Positions 30,562 to 41,650 of a DNA stretch of 64,000 bases are shown here, one piece after another (the first letter of the stretch is position 1; each line of letters starts with the position of its first letter). The DNA comes from an uncultured delta proteobacterium (GTDB lineage: Bacteria; Myxococcota; Myxococcia; Myxococcales; Myxococcaceae): contig CAVYSY010000030.1 of assembly GCA_963771175.1 (NCBI GenBank), forward strand, positions 160,001 to 224,000, in the 5' to 3' direction. Position numbers and translations under genes: made by a program. The notes below the pieces were generated by a model. That model searched no databases, had not been told where the DNA came from, and was given only the letters and a program-made list of their open reading frames with translations.

Positions 30562-31619
30562 TGCCGCGCGCCTTCGACATCACCGCCACCACGAGCAACG
30601 TGCAGCTTGGCGCCTCGGGCCAGGGCGAAGTGTCCTTCACCGTCTCCAACAAGCTCGGAGTGGGGGTGACCGTTCGGGCCACGGTGGAGCCGTCGGGCAA
30701 CACCCGGGCCGAGTGGATGAGCTTTCCCCAGGGACTGGAGCGCACCCTGTCGCCGGATGGGACGGCGGTCATCCCGGTGCGGGTGGCCGTCCCACCGGGC
30801 ACGCCCCCGGGGACGTACGGCTTCAACCTGGTGGTGGCGAGCACCACCAACCCGGACGAGCACTATGACCGGGGGCCCTCGGTGGCCTTCACCACGTCGG
30901 CGGCCCCGGTGGTCGTGAAGAAGCCCTTCCCCTGGTGGATTGTCGCGCTCGCGGCCGGGGTGCTCGTCATCGTGGGGGTCGTGGTGGCCATCCTCGGTGA
31001 CAACAAGGCCGCACCCGGGCTCGGGCAGGCGTGCGCGAAGGAGGAGCCGAAGTGCGGGCCCGACCTCACCTGCGGCGCGGGCAACGTCTGCCTCGGGGCC
31101 AAGGGGTTCAAGGGCTGCGACAAGGGCGAGCAGTGCGCCACCAACCGCTGCGAGGAGGGCACCTGCGAGGAGCTCGTGGCGCTGAGCGGAGCGTGCAACA
31201 GCTCCGATGACTGCAACCCACCGCTGGCCTGTCACGAGGGCGCCTGCCGCGGGCTCGCGGGCTTCCAGGGGTGCGACAAGGGCGAGCAGTGCGTCACCGG
31301 CCGCTGCGAGGCGGGGAGCTGCCAGGAGCAGGTCACCCTGGGCGACACCTGCAACAGCAACGACGACTGCCGCTCTCCGCTGACGTGCTTTCAGACCTTC
31401 TGCCTCATGCCCCTGGGGCAGAAGTGCACCCACCCGTCCCAGTGCGTCACCGGCGATTGTCAGAATCAGGTGTGCACGCGGGGGGCCGTGCTGTGCCCCA
31501 GGTGCCCGGTGGGGACGATCTGCATCAACGGCAGGTGCCAGGCGCCGGTCATCCTGAGGGACCACCGCATTCTCCAGGAACTTCAGGTCGAGCCGCGGCG
31601 TACGATTCCCGCTCCCTGA
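30561..31619 (+). CDS. Single-pass membrane protein: Ig-like N-domain, TM, Cys-rich repeat ectodomain
   Basis: Beta-sandwich-like N-terminus (FTVSN..VAVPPGTPPGTY), KKPFPWW plus hydrophobic helix, then many Cys in repeats. Confidence 0.8.
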   Translation: MPRAFDITATTSNVQLGASGQGEVSFTVSNKLGVGVTVRATVEPSGNTRAEWMSFPQGLERTLSPDGTAVIPVRVAVPPGTPPGTYGFNLVVASTTNPDEHYDRGPSVAFTTSAAPVVVKKPFPWWIVALAAGVLVIVGVVVAILGDNKAAPGLGQACAKEEPKCGPDLTCGAGNVCLGAKGFKGCDKGEQCATNRCEEGTCEELVALSGACNSSDDCNPPLACHEGACRGLAGFQGCDKGEQCVTGRCEAGSCQEQVTLGDTCNSNDDCRSPLTCFQTFCLMPLGQKCTHPSQCVTGDCQNQVCTRGAVLCPRCPVGTICINGRCQAPVILRDHRILQELQVEPRRTIPAP

Positions 31620-31649
31620 ACCCTGTCCGCGTCCACGAGGAGCGTCCCG

Positions 31650-31931
31650 ATGTCCAGTGCCCCCCCTGTAGAGCCGAGGCCCCCCTTCCCCTGGTGGCTG
31701 GTGGGAATCCTGGGAGGAGGCCTGGCCCTCGTCATCCTCGTGGTGGTGGCCTTCTTCAAGCACGGCAACCCTCCTCCCCCGCTCGGGGCCTTCTGCGCGC
31801 AGCAGGAGCCCCGCTGTGGGATGGGTCTGATCTGCACGGAGGACAACCTCTGCCTGGGTGCCGGGGGCTTCGAGTGCTCGCGGGAGGAGCAGTGCGCGAG
31901 TCGCAGCTGCGTGGACGGGAGGTGCCAGTAG
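31650..31931 (+). CDS. Small single-pass Cys-rich membrane protein, paralogue of the upstream gene
   Basis: PFPWW, TM, then LG..C...EP.CG..L.C...N.CLGA.GF..C...EQCA...C..G.C. Confidence 0.75.
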   Translation: MSSAPPVEPRPPFPWWLVGILGGGLALVILVVVAFFKHGNPPPPLGAFCAQQEPRCGMGLICTEDNLCLGAGGFECSREEQCASRSCVDGRCQ

Positions 31932-31934
31932 GTC

Positions 31935-32429
31935 ATGCCCCAGCCCAAGCCCTCCACCATCCTCCTCATCCTGGCGGTGTTCGCGTGTGTCGCGCTGTAC
32001 GTGCTGGGCATGGGCCTGGGCCTACAGGACAAGTCCTCCCGGGACGGCGGGGGGCGGAACCCGGTCTCGAAGGAGGAGCGCGAGCGGCTGCGCGAGCGCT
32101 TCGTGAAGCCCCGGCCCGTGGCGGACGAGGACCTGCGGGCAACGGGCTGCGCGCTGTCGGACGGGACGGTGCGGGTGTCGCGGGGGCGCGCGTGTCAGGT
32201 GGACATCGCGAAGTCGGGCGCGCGGGTGCGCACGGTGAACGTGGAGCCGCTCTCGGGGAGCCGGGTGGACGTGAAGCTCGAGCCGAAGGGCGGCCCCGCC
32301 GTGCCGGCGTCCCTCGACGACCTGGGGGAGCGCCGGGGGTTCGACGTGCCCGAGGAAGGGGCCACGCTCTCGCTGACGTGTACCCAGCCGGTGGGCAACA
32401 CCTTCGAGTGCCCCGTGAAGCTGCGCTGA
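31935..32429 (+). CDS. Membrane-anchored protein with small beta-rich domain
   Basis: N-terminal TM and 4 Cys in the soluble part; starts 3 nt after the previous stop. Confidence 0.7.
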   Translation: MPQPKPSTILLILAVFACVALYVLGMGLGLQDKSSRDGGGRNPVSKEERERLRERFVKPRPVADEDLRATGCALSDGTVRVSRGRACQVDIAKSGARVRTVNVEPLSGSRVDVKLEPKGGPAVPASLDDLGERRGFDVPEEGATLSLTCTQPVGNTFECPVKLR

Positions 32430-32432
32430 GGC

Positions 32433-33212
32433 TCAGGCCGTCGGGATGGAGCGCTTGAGCTTCAACACCCGGAAGATGGAGACGAGCGCGCCGACGAGCA
32501 GCACCACGGCCCAGATGAGGCCGAGGATGGCGACGATGATGGCGCCGATGGCATCGGTGATGCTCACGAGGATGATGGGCACCCACCCGTGCAGGATGCT
32601 GACGAGGGCGCCGGCCAGCAGCGAGGTGAGGAAGAGCAGCACCAGCCCCTTGTTCTGGAGGAAGCGCGGCTGGGCGAGCACCAGGCAGATGCCGGCGGCC
32701 ACCTTGAGCGTCATGAGCAGGCCGAGCGTGGCGGAGGCGCCCCCGCGATTGAAGAAGCCCCAGATGGCGAGGTAGGCGATGGTGCCGAAGGGCACGGCGG
32801 TGAACAGGGACACCATCAGCAGCAGCAGACCGATGGCGGCCATGAGCATGGCGATGCCGGCCAGCAGGGCCACCACCGCGCCCACCAGGGAGATGACGCC
32901 CTGCACCTGCCCGTGGACGCGCTCGGGGATGAGGAGGCTGGCGCCCATGAGCCCGAGGGTGAGCAGCAGCAGCCCGTCGACGAGTGCCAGGTAGGGGATG
33001 CCCATGCCCGGAGTCGGGGGATTCTTCTGCTGCATGGCGAGCACGTCCCCCACGCTCACGTCATCCTGGGCGCCCTCGCTGCGCAGGTTGGCCTTGATGT
33101 CGTCCTCGCTGGCGACGGGGCGGGGCAGGAAGACGGAGGCCCCCACCTCCACGAGGACACAGAGGCCGAGCAACACCAGCGCCGCGATGAACAGAGGCTT
33201 GCGCAGCTCCAT
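32433..33212 (-). CDS. Polytopic membrane protein (~6-7 TM), unknown function
   Basis: Very hydrophobic ORF with PFGT.AY motif; GGAG RBS; its stop abuts the last CIS gene. Confidence 0.8.
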   Translation of the reverse strand: MELRKPLFIAALVLLGLCVLVEVGASVFLPRPVASEDDIKANLRSEGAQDDVSVGDVLAMQQKNPPTPGMGIPYLALVDGLLLLTLGLMGASLLIPERVHGQVQGVISLVGAVVALLAGIAMLMAAIGLLLLMVSLFTAVPFGTIAYLAIWGFFNRGGASATLGLLMTLKVAAGICLVLAQPRFLQNKGLVLLFLTSLLAGALVSILHGWVPIILVSITDAIGAIIVAILGLIWAVVLLVGALVSIFRVLKLKRSIPTA

Positions 33213-33425
33213 ATGCCCACTCCCCCCGGACCGCGGCCTGCCGCCACGAGCCGGGCGGAGCATAAGCACGGGGACGGGGACCGGCCGCGAGGGGATGCTG
33301 CCTCTGTCCAGGCGCGGACGTGGCGCGGAGCGGCCTTCCGGGGGACGGGCTCGGGGGTATGAAAGCGCTCTCCGCCCTGCTTGTCGGCTTGCGGCGGGCG
33401 GGCCCGTGCACTAGTGCTTCCCACT

Positions 33426-34827
<1,402 letters not shown>

Positions 34828-35052
34828 CGTATCAGGTCACCAGCGGGCCTCGACGTAGGAGGTTGCCAGCAGGTGACTCATGAAGTAGTGTGACAGGAGA
34901 CAACGTGCCTCCTGTCCGGGTGGGGTGGGGGAGCAGGCTGCCGTCCTGCTCCGTACTCATGGGCATCAGCGCTCCCGGGGGACTGGCGTGGCGGACGCGG
35001 AGGGAAGATGCTGAGCCTCGGAACAACCGATTATTGGAGAGGACCCGCTGGG

Positions 35053-35640
35053 ATGACGGAGGAGAAGCAGCCCCCTCATCGTGAGGCCACCTACGAGGAG
35101 CTCGTCGCCCTTCCTCCACACCTGGTGGGGGAACTCTTGGCGGGGAAGCTCATCGCGTCACCCCGGCCGGCGAGCCCTCACTCGGCGGCCAGCTTCGCGC
35201 TCGGCGGGATTCTCTTTGGCCCCTTCCAGCGTGGGCGGGGCGGTCCGGGCGGCTGGTGGTTCTTCGACGAGCCGGAACTTCACTTCGGCAAGGACGTGCT
35301 GGTGCCGGATCTGGCGGGCTGGCGGCGCTCGCGCATGCCCGTGCGCTCCGATGTTCCCAACTTCACCCTCGCCCCGGACTGGGTCTGCGAGGTGCTCTCC
35401 CCTTCGACGGCCCGCATCGACCGGACCCTCAAGAAGCAGATCTACGCCCGGGAGGGGGTGGAGCACCTCTGGCTCGTGGATCCGGTGCTCCGCACCCTGG
35501 AAGTCCTGCGGCTCCATGGGGGCGAGTGGCTGGAGAAGGGCTCCTGGAGCGGCAACGCCCGCATCCGTGTCGAGCCCTTCGAGGCCCTCGAGCTGGAACT
35601 GGACGCGCTCTGGTTCTCCGAGGCGCCCGAGGCCGGTTGA
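35053..35640 (+). CDS. Uma2-family (PD-(D/E)XK) putative endonuclease
   Basis: LVPDLAGW, PDWVCEVLSPST, K..IY, WLVDP. Confidence 0.92.
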   Translation: MTEEKQPPHREATYEELVALPPHLVGELLAGKLIASPRPASPHSAASFALGGILFGPFQRGRGGPGGWWFFDEPELHFGKDVLVPDLAGWRRSRMPVRSDVPNFTLAPDWVCEVLSPSTARIDRTLKKQIYAREGVEHLWLVDPVLRTLEVLRLHGGEWLEKGSWSGNARIRVEPFEALELELDALWFSEAPEAG

Positions 35641-35664
35641 GAGCCGGCCCCTTGATGCACGGGC

Positions 35665-36915
35665 TCAGGACACCATGCGCGTCTTGATGTCCGTCTTCAG
35701 GCCCGCGATGGCCGTGCACACCTGGTCGGCCACGTCCTGGTCCAGGTCCATCACCAGGTAGCCGATGTTCGAGTCGGTGCTCAGCACCTGCGCGTGGATG
35801 TTGGCGTTGAGATCCGAGACGATCTTGTTGATGTCGCGGAGCACGCCGGGCACGTTGCGGTGCACGTTGAGGATGCGGTGCGTGCCCGGAATCAACGGCG
35901 ACTCCACCTGCGGGAAGTTCACCGCGCCCGTGGTGGCCCCGGTCTTCACGTACTTGATGAGCGAGGTGGCCACCTCCTTGCCGATGGCCGCCTGCGCCTC
36001 CTCCGTCGAGCCGCCGATGTGCGGGGTGAGGATGACGTTGGGCAGCCCCTGCAGCTCGGTGACGAAGCCGTCGCTGTTGGTCTCCGGCTCCGAGGGGTAG
36101 ACGTCCACCGCGGCACCCGCCAGGTGGCCCGACTTGAGCGCCTTCGCCAGCGCGGGGATATCCACCACCGTGCCGCGGCTCGCGTTGATGAGGTAGCTGC
36201 CCTTGCGCATCCGCGCGAGCTGGGCCTCGCCCATCATCCACTCGGTGGACGGCGTGGCCGGCACGTGCAGCGTCACGAAGTCCGAGGACTCCAGCAGCTC
36301 GTTCAGCGTCGACGTGGCGCGCGTGTTGCCCAGCGGCAGCTTCGTCATGACGTCGTAGAAGATGACGCGCATGCCCATGGACTCGGCCAGCACGCCGAGC
36401 TGCGAGCCGATGTGCCCGTACCCGATGATGCCCAGCGTCTTGCCGCGCACCTCGTGGCTGCCCGTGGCCACCTTGCGCCACTGGCCCGCGTGCACCTCGC
36501 GGCTGCGGTCGCCGAGCTGACGGGTGAGCATGATGATCTCCGCGATGACCAGCTCCGCCACGCTGCGCGTGTTGCTGAAGGGCGCGTTGAAGACGGGCAC
36601 GCCGTTGCAGTTGGCCGAGTTCAGGTCCACCTGGTTGGTGCCGATGCAGAAGGCCCCCACCGCCAGCAGGTTGGGCGCCTTGGCCAGGGCCGGCTCGAAG
36701 ATGTTCGTCTTGCTGCGGATGCCCAGCAGGTGGACGCCCTGGATGCGCTCCTCCAGCTCCTCGGGCTTGAGTGCTCCCTTGAGCCGCTCCACGGAGTAGC
36801 CCTCCGCCGTGAGCATCTCCTCGGCGGATGCGTGGATGTTCTCCAGCAGCAGGACCTTCAGGGGACCTTCGATGGACACCGGAGTAGAGGGCGAGGGGAA
36901 CGTGGAGGTACTCAT
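35665..36915 (-). CDS. serA: D-3-phosphoglycerate dehydrogenase (ACT-domain type)
   Basis: GIRSKT, FCIGTNQVD, NTRSVAE, GYGHIG, INASRG, TPHIGGST, C-terminal ACT HRNVPGVL. Confidence 0.96.
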   Translation of the reverse strand: MSTSTFPSPSTPVSIEGPLKVLLLENIHASAEEMLTAEGYSVERLKGALKPEELEERIQGVHLLGIRSKTNIFEPALAKAPNLLAVGAFCIGTNQVDLNSANCNGVPVFNAPFSNTRSVAELVIAEIIMLTRQLGDRSREVHAGQWRKVATGSHEVRGKTLGIIGYGHIGSQLGVLAESMGMRVIFYDVMTKLPLGNTRATSTLNELLESSDFVTLHVPATPSTEWMMGEAQLARMRKGSYLINASRGTVVDIPALAKALKSGHLAGAAVDVYPSEPETNSDGFVTELQGLPNVILTPHIGGSTEEAQAAIGKEVATSLIKYVKTGATTGAVNFPQVESPLIPGTHRILNVHRNVPGVLRDINKIVSDLNANIHAQVLSTDSNIGYLVMDLDQDVADQVCTAIAGLKTDIKTRMVS

Positions 36916-37031
36916 ATGACATCTCGCGTTAGATCCCGCCCTCCAGACTGTCAAGCGGCGGTTGGGTGAAAGCGGGGCCGCCCGCCACGAGGGCGAGCGA
37001 CCCCGAGCCGTTGGAGCTCCGGCCGTATGTC

Positions 37032-38717
37032 CTACTGGATGGTGTAGGCCACCGTGCCGCTGCAGCTGTTGCTGGAGTAGCAGCCGGCGCGGATCTGGTA
37101 CGTGCCGCCCGCGCCCGCGGGCACGGTGTAGGTGAGGTACGAGAGCTGGTTGCAGGAGTCGTCGTTGGAGGCCGCCTGCGTGCCGGACGCGCCGTACAGG
37201 CGCAGGTAGGTGTCGCCGGTGCCGGAGGCGCCCGCCACCGTGCAGGTGCCCAGCTGGATGACCTGGCCGGCCGCGAGCGTCACGTTCTGGTTGACGGTGT
37301 TCTGCTGGGCGCTGTTGGTGTTGCTGGCGCTGAAGGCGAACGAGCCGCTGGTGCCACCGCCCGTGCCGCCCGGCGTCACCTTCCACACCACGGTGCCGCC
37401 GCAGCTCCCGCTGGAGTAGCAGCCGCCGCGGATGGTGAACGAGCCCGCCGCTGGCACGGTGTACTTGAAGTAGGAGCCACGGGCGCCGCTGCCGCAGATG
37501 CTCCCGTCGTCGTTGGAGGCCACGTCGGTGCCCGCGGAGTTCTTCATGCGCAGGTAGGTGTCACCGGAGTTGGTGGCGCCGGCCAGTCCGCAGGTGCCCA
37601 CCTCCACGACGTCGCCCGCGGCGAACGTGAGCGTCTTGTCCACCGTGTTCTGCTGCGCGCTATTGGTGTTGGTCGCGGTGTAGGCGTACGAGTTGGCCGG
37701 GGGCGGCGGAGGCGGCGGCAGGCCGCTGCACAGCCGGGTGCTGGCGTTGTTGGTGGCGGTGCAGAAGGCGCTGATGGCCGGGTAGACGTAGGTGATGTCC
37801 TCGCCGCGGCAGGCCGTCTCGCCGCACACGTTGACGACCTTGCAGGTGCCGCTGGTGACGTAGTCCGTCTCGCCGCGCACGAGGATGCCCGCCACGGTGT
37901 AGGTGCTCGTCTCGTACACGCCCGAGCCCGAGTTGCCACCGAAGGTGTCCGTGCTGGCCACGAAGTAGTCCAGCGTGCCCGAGCGCGCGTCGCGCACCGA
38001 GCCGCCCGCGTCAATCTTGAAGGGAATGCCGCTGCCGCTGCCGATGACGGCCACGTTCTGCCCGGCCGACAGCGCGGTGTTGCCCGTGCGCACCGGCGCC
38101 GGGGTGAAGCGCGGCGCGGCCGACCGGTCCAGCCGGATGACGGCGTAGTCCAGGTTCTGCGTGCCCACCGTGCCCTGCTGGCGCGCCACGATGGAGGCAC
38201 AGCTGAAGATGTCCGCCGTGGTGACCGTCTGCAGCGTGCCCGCCGCCGGCCGGTAGTAGTTGAAGACGAAGCGCGTGTTGGTGCAGTCCGTGGCGCTGGT
38301 GACGCAGTGGCCCGCGGTGAGCACCAGGTCGTCGTCGATGAGCGTGCCGGAGCAGAAGGCCGCCGTGGGGTCGTCCCGGAAGCGCTCGGTGGTGCAGAGG
38401 TTGTAGGCGGAGCCCAGCGTCGAGCCGTTGAAGGTGACGTTGTTGGGGTTCGTCGCGTTGAAGTCCGACGGATTCATCAGCGCCACCGTGGCCTGCTGCG
38501 CGCGCGCCCTCAGCGTGGCGTCGGTGTGCGCGTACACGTCCTGCCGGTTGTCCGTGCCGTAGACGACCGGCTTCTCCTGCGTGCCGAGCGAAGGAGCCTC
38601 TTCGCCCTTCACCGCGTCCAGCTCCTCCGCCGGGCCGCAGCCCGCTGCGAGGGTGAGGGCGCACGCCAGCGCGCCCACGAGGGGACGGGCCTGGAACCCG
38701 GGCCTGGGATGTCTCAT
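37032..38717 (-). CDS. Lipoprotein trypsin-like serine protease with two C-terminal PPC-like repeats
   Basis: Lipobox LAAG-C; triad TAGHC / DYA / GNSGS; repeat NTNSAQQNT..GTC..GDTYLR..ASNDD twice. Confidence 0.9.
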   Translation of the reverse strand: MRHPRPGFQARPLVGALACALTLAAGCGPAEELDAVKGEEAPSLGTQEKPVVYGTDNRQDVYAHTDATLRARAQQATVALMNPSDFNATNPNNVTFNGSTLGSAYNLCTTERFRDDPTAAFCSGTLIDDDLVLTAGHCVTSATDCTNTRFVFNYYRPAAGTLQTVTTADIFSCASIVARQQGTVGTQNLDYAVIRLDRSAAPRFTPAPVRTGNTALSAGQNVAVIGSGSGIPFKIDAGGSVRDARSGTLDYFVASTDTFGGNSGSGVYETSTYTVAGILVRGETDYVTSGTCKVVNVCGETACRGEDITYVYPAISAFCTATNNASTRLCSGLPPPPPPPANSYAYTATNTNSAQQNTVDKTLTFAAGDVVEVGTCGLAGATNSGDTYLRMKNSAGTDVASNDDGSICGSGARGSYFKYTVPAAGSFTIRGGCYSSGSCGGTVVWKVTPGGTGGGTSGSFAFSASNTNSAQQNTVNQNVTLAAGQVIQLGTCTVAGASGTGDTYLRLYGASGTQAASNDDSCNQLSYLTYTVPAGAGGTYQIRAGCYSSNSCSGTVAYTIQ

Positions 38718-38866
38718 GGGGAATCGCTCCTGTCTTGGTCTCTTGAAGGGTGGAAAAACATGCCAGACCAGGAAGTCTGGTCAACGCATGATGCCTCAAA
38801 GAGACCGTACCGAGACGAACTTTTGACGGAGCGTGAGGGTGCCGACAGCCCGCGGGCTGGGGCGGG

Positions 38867-39244
38867 CTACTCGTCGTCGGGGTTGCGAAGCCAGGAGATC
38901 GCGGCCTCGCGCGTCTCGAAGGTGCGCGTGGGGATGGTGAGCATGGCCTGCTTCGTCATGCGCCAGGCCTGCAGGCCGGAGGCGGCATCGCTCACCACGC
39001 GCGCCGAGCGCTTCATCCCGTGGAGCTGCGCGAAGGCGTTGAGGCTGGCCATGGTGGCCACCATCTCCGGCGGCATCACCCGGAGCCGTCCCTGGTCGAC
39101 CAGCGCGCTCCAGGGGCCGCCCATCCGGATGATGGTCTCGCGGATGCGCTTGAGGTAGTCCGTTACGTCTTCCGCCGTGGGCTGCGGCGGGTAGACGACG
39201 TCGATGATGCGGTCTGCCTCGTAGACGTTGATCTGGAAGGGCAT
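38867..39244 (-). CDS. STAS/SEC14 (SpoIIAA-like) small protein
   Basis: W.ALVD..., RSARVV, F..REAA..WL pattern. Confidence 0.6.
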   Translation of the reverse strand: MPFQINVYEADRIIDVVYPPQPTAEDVTDYLKRIRETIIRMGGPWSALVDQGRLRVMPPEMVATMASLNAFAQLHGMKRSARVVSDAASGLQAWRMTKQAMLTIPTRTFETREAAISWLRNPDDE

Positions 39245-39399
39245 GCGTTGCTGTGCTCCGGGGTGCCGGCGCACTCTAACCCCAGAGGGCCCCGCGTCGA
39301 AAACCCCTGTCAGTCTTCGTTGCCAGGTTCGTCCCTGCGGCTGGACCGGAACCGCCGCGCCCGAGGGCGTGGAGGGGGTCACCCCGGGAAGGGGGAATC

Positions 39400-39726
39400 A
39401 TGAACACGAAGCTGTATGTGCTGGGTGCGGTGCTGGGGACGGCGCCAGCCCTGCTGCCGGTGGCGTGCCTGACGTGGGGGTCTCCCGCGCACGAGCACGA
39501 GGAGGAGCCGCGGGGTGGGGCATCCCGGCAGGTGAACCGTCCCCTCGGGGGCAACGGCGTCGCCGCCCCACCGCCCGTATCGGGACCGGCGGGCCTGGAG
39601 CCCGGCGTGCCGACGCACCCGTGCGAGCTCATCACCGTGATGCAGGTGCCGTGCGACCCCGCCGCGGCCACGTGCGAGTACACCTACTGGGAGTGCCCCG
39701 AGACCGTGAAGCCGCTCCGGGCGTGA
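39400..39726 (+). CDS. Hypothetical exported Cys-containing protein
   Basis: GGGGG RBS, hydrophobic N-terminus, Cys-rich C-terminus. Confidence 0.55.
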   Translation: MNTKLYVLGAVLGTAPALLPVACLTWGSPAHEHEEEPRGGASRQVNRPLGGNGVAAPPPVSGPAGLEPGVPTHPCELITVMQVPCDPAAATCEYTYWECPETVKPLRA

Positions 39727-39922
39727 GTGCCTGCGGCTCGCGGGCCTCGGGGGTAGGCAACCCCCTGGCTCGGCGGCCTGCCCGTCCGGCACTCTGGAGG
39801 GCGAGCGCCGGGGCCTCGGGGCGCCGTCCTCCTTGGCGCTCCCCCTCCGGGGTTCCTAGCTTCGGACAGGCCACGAGCACGGCTCATGCCGGCTCGGAAC
39901 TCATGAGGGAGGTCCGAAGGCC

Positions 39923-40324
39923 ATGACGACGCGGATGAAGGTGCTGGGAGCGGTGGTGCTGGGGGCGCTGTTGGGCGGTGTGGGGTGCGCCGGGACGAAG
40001 GAGGCGGGGCGCGACGTCGAGTCCGCGGTGCCGGGGCTCTCGCAGAAGAGCGAGGGCGTGGTGACGAGCGTGGACAAGGACGCCAGCCGCATCGCCGTGA
40101 AGTCCGTGGACGACCCGGCCGCGCCCGAGGCGTGGTTCGCCCTCACCCCGAAAACGAAGATGGAGCGTGACGGGCAGGTAGTGACCTGGGACGACCTCTC
40201 CGAGGGCACGCCGGTGCGCGTCAGCTACGAACCGGCCACGGGCCCCGAGACGACGTACAAGCTCGAGATCCTCACCGGCCAGAAGGCCGAGGAGGTGAAG
40301 CAGAAAGCCGAGCACCTGCGCTAG
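39923..40324 (+). CDS. Lipoprotein, OB-fold-like
   Basis: GGAGG RBS; GVG-C lipobox; G.V.SVD..L.EG..VRV.Y. Confidence 0.75.
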   Translation: MTTRMKVLGAVVLGALLGGVGCAGTKEAGRDVESAVPGLSQKSEGVVTSVDKDASRIAVKSVDDPAAPEAWFALTPKTKMERDGQVVTWDDLSEGTPVRVSYEPATGPETTYKLEILTGQKAEEVKQKAEHLR

Positions 40325-40404
40325 GGACTTCCGGCCCGACCGGAGTGACGACACCCGGGAGCGCTCGCGCGTGCCGCTCCCGGGTGGACCCTCGAGGAGG
40401 GAGG

Positions 40405-41019
40405 ATGAGGGCGGCTCTGAAGACGGGCCTCGTGGTGCTCACGCTCGTCGCGGAGAGCGCCCTGGCACAGCAGGGGCTCTCGTCCTTCCTGCGCGCCCCG
40501 TCCGTGATGGTGGGCGGCGGTGTGGAGGGCTACACGCTGGACCTGGCACCCCAGATAGACGTCGGGGTCACCTACGGCGTCTCGGTGGGGCTCCAGCCGA
40601 CCCGCCTCCTGGGCCTGGAATTGGGCTACTCGGGCGCGGTGAACGGGCTCGACGCGAGGGGCGCGCGCGGCAGGGACCTGGAGCGCGACGGGTTCTATGC
40701 GGCGGCCACCGTGAGCCCCTTCTCCTCGAGGGTGCGGCCCTACGTGATGGGCGGCCTGGGCTTCAGCAGCTACAACGTGCGCGGCGGTGCGGTGGGCCTC
40801 AGGGACAACCTCGTGGGCAACGTCCCGCTGGGGGCGGGGGTGCGTACGTCCGCGGGGGCCTTCACCGCCGACGCGCGTCTCAACTACAACGTCCTCTTCG
40901 ATGAGGAGTTCGCCGTCGGCGCGCCCGTCCCCCGCTCGCGCACGGGCGGATCGTCCGACCTCTCCATCAGCGGGAGCGGCCGGTACTCCGGCACGCTCAA
41001 CCTCGGCGTCACGTGGTGA
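40405..41019 (+). CDS. Outer-membrane beta-barrel protein (OmpA-like TM domain)
   Basis: Signal peptide ALA-Q; PYVMGGLG; terminal LNLGVTW. Confidence 0.82.
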   Translation: MRAALKTGLVVLTLVAESALAQQGLSSFLRAPSVMVGGGVEGYTLDLAPQIDVGVTYGVSVGLQPTRLLGLELGYSGAVNGLDARGARGRDLERDGFYAAATVSPFSSRVRPYVMGGLGFSSYNVRGGAVGLRDNLVGNVPLGAGVRTSAGAFTADARLNYNVLFDEEFAVGAPVPRSRTGGSSDLSISGSGRYSGTLNLGVTW

Positions 41020-41197
41020 TGGCCCGCCGGTCCCTGGCGCCAGCGGGCGGGGACTCCACCCCCTGAAAATGTTCCAGCATTCTGGCGGGAGGCGTTGGGG
41101 AGGAGGGGCCAACCCCTTGGAATCATGAGGCTCGTGGTGGCACGCGAGGCGCAAAGGGGGGAGCGCGGGTGGGTTGGGGGAGGTGGGCGTGCGGTGG

Positions 41198-41650
41198 ATG
41201 CGGCTGGGCGAGCTGTGGGTGGCGAGCGGGCTGTTGGCATCGGCGCAGGTGGCCTCCGCGCTCGCCTATCAGGCGCGGTGTCGGTGCAGGTTGGGGGAAG
41301 CCGCCGTGGCGATGGGGCTGCTCTCGTCGGAGCAGTTGCTCATCTCCCTGGCGCAACAGCTCCAGGTGCCCTTCATCCGTCGTGGGGGCCTGGAGCGCGT
41401 GCCTCGGGGCATGGTGTTCTGTGTGCCGCCGCGGGTGCTCGCGCACCTGCGCGTGTGCCCGTTGCGCGTCGAGTGGCGTGACGAGGTGCGGGGCACCGTC
41501 TCCGTGGCCACCAGCGAGCCGGGCAACCTCGCCCTGCTCGATGAACTGGCCTTCGCCACGGGCTGCACGGTGCGTCCCGTGATGGCGCTCTCGGACGACA
41601 TCGAGCACGTGCTGCGGCGCCACGGCATCACGGTCCCACGTGTCGCTTGA
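41198..41650 (+). CDS. Stand-alone MshEN/T2SSE_N domain protein
   Basis: Two RLGxxxxxxGLxxxxQxxxxLxxQ motifs followed by a GSPII_E_N-like body. Confidence 0.8.
   Translation: MRLGELWVASGLLASAQVASALAYQARCRCRLGEAAVAMGLLSSEQLLISLAQQLQVPFIRRGGLERVPRGMVFCVPPRVLAHLRVCPLRVEWRDEVRGTVSVATSEPGNLALLDELAFATGCTVRPVMALSDDIEHVLRRHGITVPRVA

Noticed and set aside
35053..35640. Uma2 gene as a restriction or mobile system
   Set aside because: Lone member of a family that is highly paralogous in myxobacteria; no methylase, terminal repeats or target duplication seen
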